Positions 27,540 through 41,127 are shown, counted from the first letter of the stretch. The stretch: 64,000 nt of DNA from Eledone cirrhosa (GCA_964016885.1 OZ024751.1:51088001-51152000); one strand, 5' to 3'. Notes: a model not told the origin generated them from the sequence alone. Numbers and translations are program-made.

Positions 27540-27997
27540 GTGTATATATTAAGTATAGGAATGTGTATATGTATATATTAAGTATGGGAATGTATATATA
27601 TGTATATATTGAGTATGGGAATGTGTATATATGTATATATTAAGTATGGGAATGTATATATATATGTATATATTAAGTATGGGAATGTATATATATATAT
27701 GTATATATTAAGTATGGGAATGTATATATATATATGTATATATATTAAGTATGGGAATGTATATATATATATGTATATATTAAGTATGGGAATGTATATA
27801 TATATATGTATATATTAAGTATGGGAATGTATATATATATATGTATATATTAAGTATGGGAATGTATATATATATATGTATATATTAAGTATGGGAATGT
27901 ATATATATATATGTATATATTAAGTATGGGAATGTATATATATATATGTATATATTAAGTATGGGAGTGTATATATATATGTATATATTAAGTATTG
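27540..27997. repeat. ~35-bp minisatellite (TAAGTATGGGAATG + TA spacer), ~13 copies
   Basis: Directly visible. Confidence 0.92.
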
Positions 27998-28123
27998 GAA
28001 GATAAAAATGGGAGACAAATAAAAGCAGATACAGATAGAGAAATATATATATATATATATATATATGAGTAGATCGGTAGATAGGTAGATATATAGATGA
28101 ATAGATTGGTAGATAAGTAGGTG

Positions 28124-28198
<75 letters not shown>

Positions 28199-28471
28199 GG
28201 TTGGATGGATGGATGAGTAAGTAGATAGGGAAGCAAATTATATTGATAACTATAAATAATAGTAAAACTTACAAAAATAGTCATTTGGAAATATAAAAAA
28301 AAAGAGGTCAGCTTTTAAAAGTACAGCTTTTCAGATGAATTACTGTGGTGTAGACTTGTGGGCTTGTGTGTGTGGTGTGTGTATGTGTGTGTATGTGTGT
28401 GTGTGGTGTGTGTATATGTGTGTGCGTGTGTGTGTGCATGTAATAATACATACATGCATACATACTCACTC

Positions 28472-28506
<35 letters not shown>

Positions 28507-29462
28507 TGCATGCACACACACACATGCATATATATATAAGTGTATGCATGAGCTATAATATGCAATCATGCATATACACACACACACATTTATATAAGTG
28601 TATGTGTATGCATGAGCTATAATATGCAATCATACATACACACACACGCATATATACAGTATATATAAGTGTCTATGTATGCATGAGCTGTAATATGCAT
28701 TCATGCATATTCACATACTCTCATCCTTTTCCTCAGACACACATGCACATATATAAACATACACACGTGCATATAAATGTAGCATGCAACTAAATTGGAA
28801 CACACATAATGTCAATCAATGATAACAGTTGGTTATAGTATCTCAAGAATTCTAAGTGGAATGAAACTGCAGGAGGGGAAGACCATTGCAATTGAATTGA
28901 AACTGATAATATAGAGTCACATGACTGCTATTAATCAATATATCAATATTATCATGGTTCATTCAACCTTCTGAAACGATCGTAAAACTATGAACTAATT
29001 ATGCCCCCACCCCCTCCCACTGCAAAGTGGACGTGTAGGCACCACGGAAAAAAGCACCCAGTACTCACTGTAAATGAGGTTGGTGTTAGGAAGGGCATCC
29101 AGCTGTAAAAATCAACCCAGAATCAGTTCCCGTATGAGCAAGACAAGGTCAGCCGACCAGCTACTGCCCACAACTTGGCAACCTGTCTAACCCATGCTAG
29201 CGTGGAAGAACGGACGTAAAACGGTGATGATGATATATATATATATATATATATAAATATAAATATATATATATATTGTATTCTCCTTCTATGTAGAGAA
29301 AAAAATGTTGTATCGTGCTGCTATTTTTAGTAACATGAAATTTTAACAAGTCTATAATTCCCTATTTATGTGTGGGTCACTTTAACGGCCTGCCCTCATG
29401 TATTGGGTAGAAAGCGATATATTTACTACTATAAGACTTTTGTGCCCTGTGGTATGGAAATA

Positions 29463-29542
29463 GCTGTCTGAAGAGCTGATTCTTTCCATTGGAAATTCTC
29501 TGAATTTCCAATCTTTTGATAAGCAAAACCGTCGGTCACAGC
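29463..29542 (+). ncRNA. Degenerate hammerhead with long stem II
   Basis: GCTGT-CTGAAGA-GCT..ATTGGAAATTC/GAATTTCCAAT..AGC-(A)AAA-CCGTCGG-TC-ACAGC; G12 is replaced by A. Confidence 0.6.
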
Positions 29543-29634
29543 ACTAGAACAGGTGAATATTTAATTCGAATTTTAATTTATTTAAAAGATTGTTTAATGT
29601 TTACTTGTTCCACTCATTTTTATATATATATATT

Positions 29635-29805
29635 TATTAAAATAAGAGATTAAAGTTTACGCAAAGAATATCTGCTTTCACCCTCAATGGGATCTTCTGA
29701 AACTCAAATAAATATTTGCTCTAGGGTTCTTATATATTTGATATATATTTATCCTTATCGAGCCCTCTATGGATTTTAGTCTTCGCATTTATTATTATTA
29801 CTATA
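29635..29805. mobile_element. Family E fragment: inverted HHR part (29654-29704, minus) joined to a plus-strand 3' tail
   Basis: 29706-29803 matches 18885-18980; 29640-29704 is the reverse complement of 18818-18885. Confidence 0.75.
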
Positions 29806-29969
29806 TATATATATATATATATATAACTAACAACACTTTATCGCTCTACATGGCTGAATACAAGAATGAGGAGCTCATTCTACTGACATGGCTTAAAAGA
29901 GGCTATTTGCATAATTGCAAATGAATATTGTTATTAATATTATTATTAACATTAAAAAAACTCAGATTA

Positions 29970-31177
29970 TATCATCATCATCATGATCATGATCATCATC
30001 ATCATCGTTTAACGTCCATGTTCCACGCTTGCATGGGTTTGGACAGGAGTTTTCCCACTTGAGGCAAGAGTGGTTGTCTTGCTCGCATACGACTGTCTGG
30101 CGGGTTTTCTACGGCTGGACGCCCTTCCTAACACCAACCACATTTACAGTGTGGGGCTGGGAGGTTTTTACCCTGTTGCCTACACGGCCACATTACAGCG
30201 TGGACTGTGTGGCGGGTTTTCTACAGCTGGATGCCCTTCCTAACACCAACCACATTTACAGTGTGGGACTGGGAGGTTTTTACCGTGTTGCCTACACGGC
30301 CACATTACAGCGTGGACTGTGTGTTTTTTTTTGTCGTGACACCTACACGATCTCATTTGTTTCGGCCTGGATGTTGTGGCACCAACATAACTTTACATTG
30401 AAAGGGGGTGTGTGTTTTGTTAGAGATGCCTACTGACTGTAGTAGGTTTTACTTTGTATTCAGGTAAGGCGGGTCTTCTCTATTACTGAGTACCGCCAAA
30501 GATCTCAGTCCAGTGACATTGTCTTGGAGAGGTGTAAGTGTGTGAGGTCGGAATTTATCAGGTCGTCCCAGGTTTTTCTGGGTCTGCCTACTCCGTGGCT
30601 ACCGTCTATCTTTATTGCCCTGCACTTTTTTATACAGCTGTCGTCTTTCATGCGCATCACGTGACCATACCAACGTAGCCTTCTCTCGACTAAACAACAT
30701 CTGATCCCTCTTATTTCTAATTTTTCCCTTAGTTCGTTTATGCTTTGCTGTTCGCGTATATTACTATTACACATCCAGCGGAGCATGCAAGCTTCGTTCC
30801 TCTCTAGTCTGCGTATATCCTCTGCACACAATGCCCAGGTCTCACTGCCATGCAACATTGCTGTTCGTATGCAGGCATCATACAGCCTGCCTTTCATTTT
30901 TAGGGAGAACCCTTTAGCGGCTAATAGTGGTATAAGCTCTCTGAACTTTTTCCATCCAGTTCTGACTCTAGCTACTGTACTTTCAGAGCACCCTCCCCCA
31001 CTGCTGATTTTGTCACCCAGGTAACGGAAGCTGTCCACTATTTCTATAGAACCCTCTGCGCAATTGAAAGAGCTAGTATTTTGTGGGCACTTGCTGCTAC
31101 TTATTGGACCAGAGCACCGGCCACATGTAAAATCTATGTTCTTAGTTAGCTTACCTGTGATCCCACTACATCTTTTA
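29970..31177 (-). mobile_element. RTE-clade LINE (subfamily a), 5'-truncated, two 111-bp UTR units
   Basis: ORF 30505-31038 is nearly identical to the 24887 copy. Confidence 0.92.
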
Positions 31178-31186
31178 TATATATAG

Positions 31187-31233
31187 AGTAATAATATTTA
31201 CGAAAACTAAAATCCGAAGAGTGCTCAATAAGG

Positions 31234-31303
<70 letters not shown>

Positions 31304-31410
31304 ACATATATAAACCCATAGAGCAAATATTTATTATAAGTACAGATTAAAGTTTAAGCAAAGAATTGCTGCTTTCACCCTTTACGGGATCTCCTGAAAC
31401 TGAGAAAAAT
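31187..31410 (-). mobile_element. Family E element (HHR 31351-31401, core CAGGAGA) with internal (TA)n expansion
   Basis: Reverse complement of ~18810-18980. Confidence 0.7.
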
Positions 31411-31486
31411 CTATTATATATATATCTATATAGTCTGGTCCAGCTGATTTGCCTGTCTTCATATCCTTAAAATTATATATATATGT

Positions 31487-32785
31487 ATAAGCCACTATAC
31501 TTAGCCTTTGTTGACCTAGAGAAGGCCTTTGATAGGGTACCCCGATCTGTCATCTGGTGGTCCCTAAGGAAGCTGGGTGTTGAGGAATGGCTTGTAAGGA
31601 CAGTGCAAACTTTGTACAGAGGTACTCTCAGTAAAGTCAGGGTAGGAATGGAGTTTAGTGAGGAATTCCAGATACAAGTAGGAGTACATCAGGGTTCGGT
31701 CCTCAGCCCGCTCTTGTTCATTATAGTCCTCCAAGCCATAACAGAGGAGTTTAAGACTGGCTGTCCATGGGAACTTCTCTATGCTGACGATCTGGCTCTT
31801 ATGGCAGAATCAGTAGAGGAGCTAGAGAATAAATTCCGGCTATGGAAACAGCAGTTGGAAGCAAGAGGACTGAGAGTAAATCTAGCTAAGACAAAAGTGT
31901 TGATGAGTAGAAAAGAGGACAAAACCCTGATTCCGTCAGGGAAATGGCCATGTTCGATATGCAGAAAAGGAACTGGCATAAATTCTATAAAATGCACACA
32001 ATGTAGGTCCTGGGTACACAAGAGATGTAGCGGGATAGCAGGCAAACTAACAGGTAGGGAAAAATATGTATGCAGTAGATGTACAGGGAAATTAGACAGT
32101 AGAAATCGCACTGATAGACACATTTTTCAAATGCGAAAAGGCGCTATAGAAGTGGTGGATAGCTTCCGGTACCTAGGAGATCAGATTAGCATGGGAGGAG
32201 GGTGTTCCGAGGCCATAGTATCTAGAATAAGGACGGGTTGGAAGAAGTTTAGGGAGCTGCTTCCTCTGTTGACGAAGAAGGGTTTCTCCCTGCGTACGAA
32301 AGGCCGGTTGTATGATGCCTGTGTGAGGAGCGCGATGCTGCATGGTAGTGAGACATGGGCAGCAACCGCAGAAGATATGCGACGGCTGGAGAGAAATGAG
32401 GCAAGCATGCTCCGTTGGATGTGCAGTGTAAATGTGCGTGAACGACCCAGCATAAATGTGTTGAGAGAGAAACTGTGTCTGAGAGGGATAGAATGTAGTG
32501 TACGGGAGAGGAGACAGGTGGTATGGACATGTGATGCGCATGGAGGATGTCCGATGGGTGAAGAAGTGCCAGGAAATGCCAGTTGAAGGAAGACGTGGTA
32601 GAGGTAGACCACGAAAAACATGGGCGGAGGTGGTGAGAACAGATCTCAGATCATTGAAGCTCACGGTGGAGATGACGAGGGACCGTGACGAGTGGAGAGA
32701 TGCTGTGCTGAATAAGACCCGTCCCACCCTTGCAAGCAGGGAAAAGCGGACGTAAAATGATGATGATGATGATGATGATGATGAT
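31487..32785 (+). mobile_element. RTE-clade LINE (subfamily c), RT core to 3' end, frameshift near 32510
   Basis: LAFVDLEKAFDRV, QGSVLSPLLF, YADD, PHD-like insert, FRYLG; (GAT)n tail. Confidence 0.93.
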
Positions 32786-32797
32786 GTATATATATAT

Positions 32798-33485
32798 ATC
32801 ATCATCATCATCATTTTACGACCGCTTGTCCCTGCTTGCAAGGGTGGCACAGTTTCTATTCAGCACCGCATCTCTCCACTTGTCATGGTCCTTTGTCATC
32901 TCCTCCGTGAGCTTCAGTAATCTGAGGTCTGCTCTCACCACCTCCGCCCATGTTTTTCGTGGTCTACCTCTACTGTATCTTCCTTCTACTGGCATTTCTT
33001 GGCACTTCTTTACCCAGAGGTCATCCTCCATCTGCATCACATGTCCATACCATCACAGTCTTCTCTCCCGCACACTACTTATCCCTTTTAAACACAGTTT
33101 CTCTCTCAGCTCATCCATGCTCGGTCGTTCACGTATATTGATATTGCACATCCAATGGAGGATGCTTGCTTGATTTCTCTCCAGCCGTCGCATATCCTCT
33201 GTAGTTGCTGCCCATGTCTCACTACCATGCAGCATCTCACACAGGCATCATATAACCGGCCTTTCGTATGCAGTGCAAAACACTTCTTTAAGCAGCTCCC
33301 TAAACTTTTTCCAACCTATCCTTATTCTAGATACTGTGGCCTCGGAACACCCCCCCCCTCCCATGCTAATCTGATCACCTAGGTACTGGAAGGTATCAAC
33401 CACTTCTATAGAACCTACCTGCATTTGAAAAATGTGTCTATTAATGAACTCTTCTACTGTCAAATTTCCCTGTACATCTACTGCA
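32798..33485 (-). mobile_element. Degenerate RTE-c copy, tail-to-tail with the preceding one
   Basis: FQYLGDQISMGGG..GSETW..GRPRKTW in broken frames. Confidence 0.88.
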
Positions 33486-33519
33486 TACATATATATATAT
33501 ATATATATATCATTCATTT

Positions 33520-33789
33520 CATTCATTCATTTCATTTTACGTCCACTTTTTCCCTGCTTGCAAGGGTGGGACGGGAACTGATGCTGGCTTGATTTCTACA
33601 GCTGGATGCCCTCCCTAACACCAACCTCATTTACAGTGAGTGCTGGGTGTTTTTTTGCCGTGGCACCTCCACGACCACTTTGCAGTGGAATGATAGGGAC
33701 CCCAGTCCCTATCATCTCATTTCTACAGCTGATAAACTGGAGGAATGTGAAATAAAGTGTCTTGCTCAAGGAAACAACACATCACCCAT
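33520..33789 (-). mobile_element. SINE S1, 5'-truncated
   Basis: Matches 82-333. Confidence 0.85.
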
Positions 33790-33819
33790 ATATATATATA
33801 TATATGTGTATATATATAT

Positions 33820-33861
<42 letters not shown>

Positions 33862-33889
33862 GTTTAACGTCTATCTTCCACGCTAGCAT

Positions 33890-33936
<47 letters not shown>

Positions 33937-33938
<2 letters not shown>

Positions 33939-34344
33939 AAAGTTATATTTAAATTGTTGGGTTACAACTAGTAAATATTTATAACTGATATAAAAGCACT
34001 CGACAAGTATTTGGAGTATATTTACGATATTAAATAAATGGAAACTATATTTATAAAACCATATTTATTTCATTATATATATTTCAGGGATATCATATTA
34101 ACAATATGCTATGCCTTCCTCAGACAAAATACAATATAAACAGTTTTATAGATAAATAGATTTCAATTCAACTTTTCAAATACAAGTCGATGTTGTACGG
34201 TATGTCAAATCTATTTATCTATAAAACTGTTTATATTGTATTTTGTCTGAGGAAGGCATAGCATATTGTTAATATGATATCCCTGAAATATATATAATGA
34301 AATAAATATGGTTTTATAAATATAGTTTCCATTTATTTAATATC

Positions 34345-34346
<2 letters not shown>
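33937..34346. mobile_element. Family A fold-back (arms 34024-34163 / 34207-34346), HHRs 34066-34131 (-) and 34239-34304 (+)
   Basis: TATTTTGT-CTGAGGA-stem II-GAAA-TATATA-TA-ATGAAATA within a ~140-bp inverted repeat. Confidence 0.85.
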
Positions 34347-34377
<31 letters not shown>

Positions 34378-35345
34378 CAAGGTTTAGTAAATAAGAAAAA
34401 AGTTTCAAAATAAATTTCAAAACGGTTTCGAGTCTCAAAAATAAATGGATAGTCCTTGCGGGCCTCCATTGAAAAGATAAACTCTCGTCAGAAAGTTCTT
34501 TACACTCGGAGAATATCAAATTCCCGAGTTCGAATTACGAACTCGCGCTATTCAAAATTGTTCCCGAGATGAGAATGAATGATGTGGAAGCAATTCTGTC
34601 CAGTGCTGTGTGATATATATATATATATATACATATATATGTATATATATGTATATATATATATATTTCCCACAGAGTGGGTGGATATTGTTTTGTGACT
34701 AATGAAACAAGCTTTCTAAGAATGTCTTGCTAATGCTGTTTCATATGGTACAGGACGTCAAGTGTTATGGATGGAGTTTGATAATAAGTCATATATATAA
34801 CGACAGCAACAATATTGATTATCTATGTTGAAGGAATCAATGGCCGTTAAAAGAACTGGTCATCTCAAGGTGAATAGCCATCATCATAATCATCATTATC
34901 TCCATCATTACCATCTTCTTTTTCTCCACCTTCTTCTTCTTCTTCTTCTTCTTCTAGAATAAGTAGCAGGACTCCTCCCCCCCCCCCCCCCCCCCCACAC
35001 ACCATCACCACCACCACTGCCACCACCACCACCACCACCATCACCTACCACCACCACAACCACCACACCACACCACCACAACCACCACACCACACCACCA
35101 CGACCACCACCACCACTGCCGCCACCGCCACCACTATCACCCCCCCCATCTTTCCCGTCCCTTCTCCTTCATCACCTCCTAATATTCATAAGACATCATC
35201 TTCATTGATCATTTATTTATTAAACTTGAATCTCAGCCAAATTGGCAGCAGCGTGTGTGGCTGCATGTTTGTACATCTGTGTGTGTGTGTGTGTGTGTGT
35301 ATGTGTGTGTATGCGTGTATGTATGTGTGCATCTGTGTGTCTGTA

Positions 35346-35378
<33 letters not shown>

Positions 35379-36269
35379 GGTTGTATGTGTATATGTGTGT
35401 ATTAATGCATGTTTGTGCATCTGTGTGTCTGTATATATATATATATATATATGGTTGCATGTGTGTGTCTCTGTGTGTATGTGCTTGTATGTATGTCTCT
35501 GTGTGTGCACACATGTGTGTGTATGTGTCTGTGTGTGTGTGAAGGTTTTAAGTGTGAATGCATGTGTGTATATGTATATATGTATATGTGTATCTGAATA
35601 TATAAATTAGCAGCAGTATGTATACATGTTTGGATGTAGGCATACACGTGTGTGCACACATGCACATTGCACACGTGTGTGTATGTGTGTGTTTGTATGT
35701 GTGTATGCTTGTGCGTATATGTTTATGTGTTGGTGTATCTAAATGTGTGTGTTAATGTTACTCTATATGCTCTGTATGTGTGTGTATGTGTGTATATGTG
35801 TGTATATATTTGTATGTGGGTATATGTGTATATATTTGTATGTTGATTATTTATTTATTAAATATATATACAATTCATCAACATTTGCATATGCAAATGG
35901 AAAAGAAAGAGAAAAAAATTAAGTAGTGAAACTGAGGGAAAGGGTTTGGTGAGTAGGAGACTGACCACCCTAGTCTAAGTAGTATATCTCATCAAATGGT
36001 GAATGCATTGCTACAGAGAATAACCAGTGATATCTGCTACATCAGCCACTCTACCTGATGAAGCTCCTTCCACAGGTCGGATACACTCCTCTCGATTTTG
36101 TAGGGGAAAATGGCAGTTTAGAGACCGAGGACACGAGAGTTCTTGACGAAAGTAGTCAGTTAAATCAAGCATTTTGAAATGTTTAATGAAATAACTAACT
36201 TTCACCTTAATAAGAAAATACAAATATTTAACTAATGAAATCTAATATAATGTCGTAGAAAAGAATAAT

Positions 36270-39200
36270 AACAAGGCATGTATTGTGGATATTGTTTTGT
36301 CATGGGACCACAGGGTGAATAAGAAAGAAAGTGAGAAAGTTGAGAAATACCAGGAGTTGAAGAGAGGAATCAGGAAATTATGGCGAATCAGACACATAGA
36401 AGTGGTAACAATTGTGGATGGCGCAGTTAGTAAAAGGTTGGATACATTGCTTGGGAAGCTAGGAATTACTAAGTTAGTAAAAGGTTGGATGCATGGCTTG
36501 GGAAGCTAGGAATTACTAAGTTAGTAAAAGGTTGGATACATGGCTTGAGAAGCTAGGAATTACTAAGTTAGTAAAAGGTTGGATGCATGGCTTGGGAAGC
36601 TAGGAATTACTAAGTTAGTAAAAGGTTGAATACATGGCTTGGGAAGCTAGGAATTACTAAGTTAGTAAAAGGTTGGATACATGGCTTGGGAAGCTAGGAA
36701 TTACTAAGTTAGTAAAAGGTTGGATGCATGGCTTGGGAAGCTATGAATTACTAAGTTAGTAAAAGGTTGGATGCATGGCTTGGGAAGCTAGGAATTACTA
36801 AGTTAGTAAAAGGTTGGATGCATGGCTTGGGAAGCTAAGAATTACTAAGTTAGTAAAAGGTTGGATACATGGCTTGGGAAGCTAGGAATTACTAAGTTAG
36901 TAAAAGGTTGGATGCATGGCTTGAGAAGCTAGGAATTACTAAGTTAGTAAAAGGTTGGATACATGGCTTGGGAAGCTAGGAATTACTAAGTTAGTAAAAG
37001 GTTGGATACATGGCTTGAGAAGCTAGGAATTACTAAGTTAGTAAAAGGTTGGATGCATGGCTTGGGAAGCTAGGAATTACTAAGTTAGTAAAAGGTTGGA
37101 TACATGGCTTGGGAAGCTAGGAATTACTAAGTTAGTAAAAGGTTGGATACATGGCTTGAGAAGCTAGGAATTACTAAGTTAGTAAAAGGTTGGATGCATG
37201 GCTTGGGAAGCTAGGAATTACTAAGTTAGTAAAAGGTTGGATACATGGCTTGGGAAGCTAGGAATTACTAAGTTAGTAAAAGGTTGGATGCATGGCATTG
37301 GGAAGCTAGGAATTACTAAGTTAGTAAAAGGTTGGATACATGGCTTGGGAAGCTAGGAATTACTAAGTTAGTAAAATGTTGGATACATGGCTTGGGAAGC
37401 TAGGAATTACTAAGTTAGTAAAAGGTTGGATGCATGGCTTGAGAAGCTAGGAATTACTAAGTTAGTAAAAGGTTGGATACATGGCTTGGGAAGCTAGGAA
37501 TTACTAAGTTAGTAAAAGGTTGGATGCATGGCTTGGGAAGCTAGGAATTACTAAGTTAGTAAAAGGTTGGATACATGGCTTGGGAAGCTAGGAATTACTA
37601 AGTTAGTAAAAGGTTGGATACATGGCTTGAGAAGCTAGGAATTACTAAGTTAGTAAAAGGTTGGATGCATGGCTTGGGAAGCTAGGAATTACTAAGTTAG
37701 TGAAAGGTTGGATACATGGCTTGGGAAGCTAGGAATTACTAAGTTAGTAAAAGGTTGGATGCATGGCATTGGGAAGCTAGGAATTACTAAGTTAGTAAAA
37801 GGTTGGATACATGGCTTGGGAAGCTAGGAATTACTAAGTTAGTAAAATGTTGGATACATGGCTTGGGAAGCTAGGAATTACTAAGTTAGTAAAAGGTTGG
37901 ATGCATGGCTTGAGAAGCTAGGAATTACTAAGTTAGTAAAAGGTTGGATACATGGCTTGGGAAGCTAGGAATTACTAAGTTAGTAAAAGGTTGGATACAT
38001 GGCTTGAGAAGCTAGGAATTACTAAGTTAGTAAAAGGTTGGATGCATGGCTTGGGAAGCTAGGAATTACTAAGTTAGTAAAAGGTTGGATACATGGCTTG
38101 GGAAGCTAGGAATTACTAAGTTAGTAAAAGGTTGGATACATGGCTTGAGAAGCTAGGAATTACTAAGTTAGTAAAAGGTTGGATGCATGGCTTGGGAAGC
38201 TAGGAATTACTAAGTTAGTAAAAGGTTGGATACATGGCTTGGGAAGCTAGGAATTACTAAGTTAGTAAAAGGTTGGATGCATGGCATTGGGAAGCTAGGA
38301 ATTACTAAGTTAGTAAAAGGTTGGATACATGGCTTGGGAAGCTAGGAATTACTAAGTTAGTAAAATGTTGGATACATGGCTTGGGAAGCTAGGAATTACT
38401 AAGTTAGTAAAAGGTTGGATGCATGGCTTGAGAAGCTAGGAATTACTAAGTTAGTAAAAGGTTGGATACATGGCTTGGGAAGCTAGGAATTACTAAGTTA
38501 GTAAAAGGTTGGATGCATGGCTTGGGAAGCTAGGAATTACTAAGTTAGTAAAAGGTTGGATACATGGCTTGGGAAGCTAGGAATTACTAAGTTAGTAAAA
38601 GGTTGGATACATGGCTTGAGAAGCTAGGAATTACTAAGTTAGTAAAAGGTTGGATGCATGGCTTGGGAAGCTAGGAATTACTAAGTTAGTGAAAGGTTGG
38701 ATACATGGCTTGGGAAGCTAGGAATTACTAAGTTAGTAAAAGGTTGGATGCATGGCATTGGGAAGCTAGGAATTACTAAGTTAGTAAAAGGTTGGATACA
38801 TGGCTTGGGAAGCTAGGAATTACTAAGTTAGTAAAATGTTGGATACATGGCTTGGGAAGCTAGGAATTACTAAGTTAGTAAAAGGTTGGATGCATGGCTT
38901 GAGAAGCTAGGAATTACTAAGTTAGTAAAAGGTTGGATACATGGCTTGGGAAGCTAGGAATTACTAAGTTAGTAAAAGGTTGGATGCATGGCTTGGGAAG
39001 CTAGGAATTACTAAGTTAGTAAAAGGTTGGATGCATGGCTTGGGAAGCTAGGAATTACTAAGTTAGTAAAAGGTTGGATACATGGCTTGAGAAGCTAGGA
39101 ATTACTAAGTTAGTAAAAGGTTGGATGCATGGCTTGGGAAGCTAGGAATTACTAAGTTAGTAAAAGGTTGGATACATGGCTTGGGAAGCCAAGAATTACT

Positions 39201-40960
39201 AAGTTAGTAAAAGGTTGGATGCATGGCTTGGGAAGCTAGGAATTACTAAGTTAGTAAAAGGTTGGATACATGGCTTGGGAAGCTAGGAATTACTAAGTTA
39301 GTAAAAGGTTGGATGCATGGCTTGGGAAGCTAGGAATTACTAAGTTAGTAAAAGGTTGGATACATAGCTTGGGAAGCTAGGAATTACTAAGTTAGTAAAA
39401 GGTTGGATACATGGCTTGGGAAGCTAGGAATTACTAAGTTAGTAAAAGGTTGGATGCATCGCTTGGGAAGCTAGGAATTACTAAGTTAGTAAAAGGTTGG
39501 ATGCATGGCTTGGGAAGCTAGGAATTACTAAGTTAGTAAAAGGTTGGATACGTGGCTTGGGAAGCTAGGAATTACTAAGTTAGTAAAAGGTTGGATACAT
39601 GGCTTGGGAAGCTAAGAATTACTAAGTTAGTAAAAGGTTCGATGCATGGCTTGGGAAGCTAGGAATTACTAAGTTAGTAAAAGGTTGGATACGTGGCTTG
39701 GGAAGCTAGGAATTACTAAGTTAGTAAAAGGTTGGATACATGGCTTGGGAAGCTAGGAATTACTAAGTTAGTAAAAGGTTGGATATGTGGCTTGGGAAGC
39801 TAGGAATTACTAAGTTAGTAAAAGGTTGGATGCATGGCTTGGGAAGCTAGGAATTACTAAGTTAGTAAAAGGTTGGATGCATGGCTTGGGAAGCTAGGAA
39901 TTACTAAGTTAGTAAAAGGTTGGATACGTGGCTTGGGAAGCTAGGAATTACTAAGTTAGTAAAAGGTTGGATGCATGGCTTGGGAAGCTAGGAATTACTA
40001 AGTTAGTAAAAGGTTGGATACGTGGCTTGGGAAGCTAGGAATTACTAAGTTAGTAAAAGGTTGGATACATGGCTTGGGAAGCTAGGAATTACTAAGTTAG
40101 TAAAAGGTTGGATACGTGGCTTGGGAAGCTAGGAATTACTAAGTTAGTAAAAGGTTGGATACATGGCTTGGGAAGCTAGGAATTACTAAGTTAGTAAAAG
40201 GTTGGATACATGGCTTGGGAAGCTAGGAATTACTAAGTTAGTAAAAGGTTGGATACATGGCTTGGGAAGCTAGGAATTACTAAGTTAGTAAAAGGTTGGA
40301 TGCATGGCTTGGGAAGCTAGGAATTACTAAGTTAGTAAAAGGTTGGATACATGGCTTGGGAAGCTAGGAATTACTAAGTTAGTAAAAGGTTGGATACATG
40401 GCTTGGGAAGCTAGGAATTACTAAGTTAGTAAAAGGTTGGATACATGGCTTGGGAAGCTAGTAATTACTAAGTTAGTAAAAGGTTGGATACATGACTTGG
40501 GAAGCTAGGAATTACTAAGTTAGTAAAAGGTTGGCTACATAGCTTGGGAAGCTAGGAATTACTAAGTTAGTAAAAGGTTGGATACATGGCTTGGGAAGCT
40601 AGGAATTACTAAGTTAGTAAAATGTTAGATGCATGGCTTGGGAAGCTAGGAATTACTAAGTTAGTAAAAGGTTGGATACATAGCTTGGGAAGCTAGGAAT
40701 TACTAAGTTAGTAAAAGGTTGGATACATGGCTTGGGAAGCTAGGAATTACTAAGTTAGTAAAAGGTTGGATGCATGGCTTGGGAAGCTAGAAATTACCAT
40801 CTGGACAGGATTGTTGTAGAAAGCAACCTTGCTAGGAACAGCAAGAATTCTAAGAAGGGTGTTTGAAAATTGAAGAAGGAATGACCCAAAGGACCTTTGG
40901 TCATTGGCTATGGCTCACTCTTTGGGTACAATGTCGGTATAACATCTGCCAGAGCAAAAA
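36270..40960 (+). mobile_element. R4/Dong-type LINE 3' fragment split by an internal tandem array
   Basis: VDIV..EKVEKYQELK..LW..VSKRLDTLLGKLGIT before the array; KATLLGTARILRRVF after it. Confidence 0.85.
36425..40798 (+). repeat. 47-bp tandem array, ~93 copies
   Basis: Unit AGTTAGTAAAAGGTTGGAT(A/G)CATGGCTTGGGAAGCTAGGAATTACTA; no spacers. Confidence 0.97.
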
Positions 40961-40967
40961 GCATTAC

Positions 40968-41125
40968 ACACAAGGCCAGCAATTACCTAGTACATTACTG
41001 GTACTTTATTTTATCGATCCCGTAAGGATGAAAGGAAAAGTTAACCTCGGCAGGATTTGAGATCAGTCCGTAAAGGGACTGCAAAACATGGCGTCTGACC
41101 CTCTACCGAAACTGCCAATCCACAA
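40968..41125 (-). mobile_element. SINE S2, degenerate
   Basis: CTGGTACTTTATTTTATCGA..AACCTCGGCAGGATTTGA. Confidence 0.8.
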
Positions 41126-41127
41126 CA

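Noticed and set aside
27540-27997. Telomere-like or CRISPR-like repeat
   Set aside because: Spacers are only (TA)n variants; an ordinary minisatellite.
36050-36130. CTGATGA followed by a distant GAAA
   Set aside because: Could not build convincing stems I-III.
36425-40798. Possible CRISPR array
   Set aside because: Units are contiguous with no unique spacers and no cas genes; the unit derives from LINE coding sequence.
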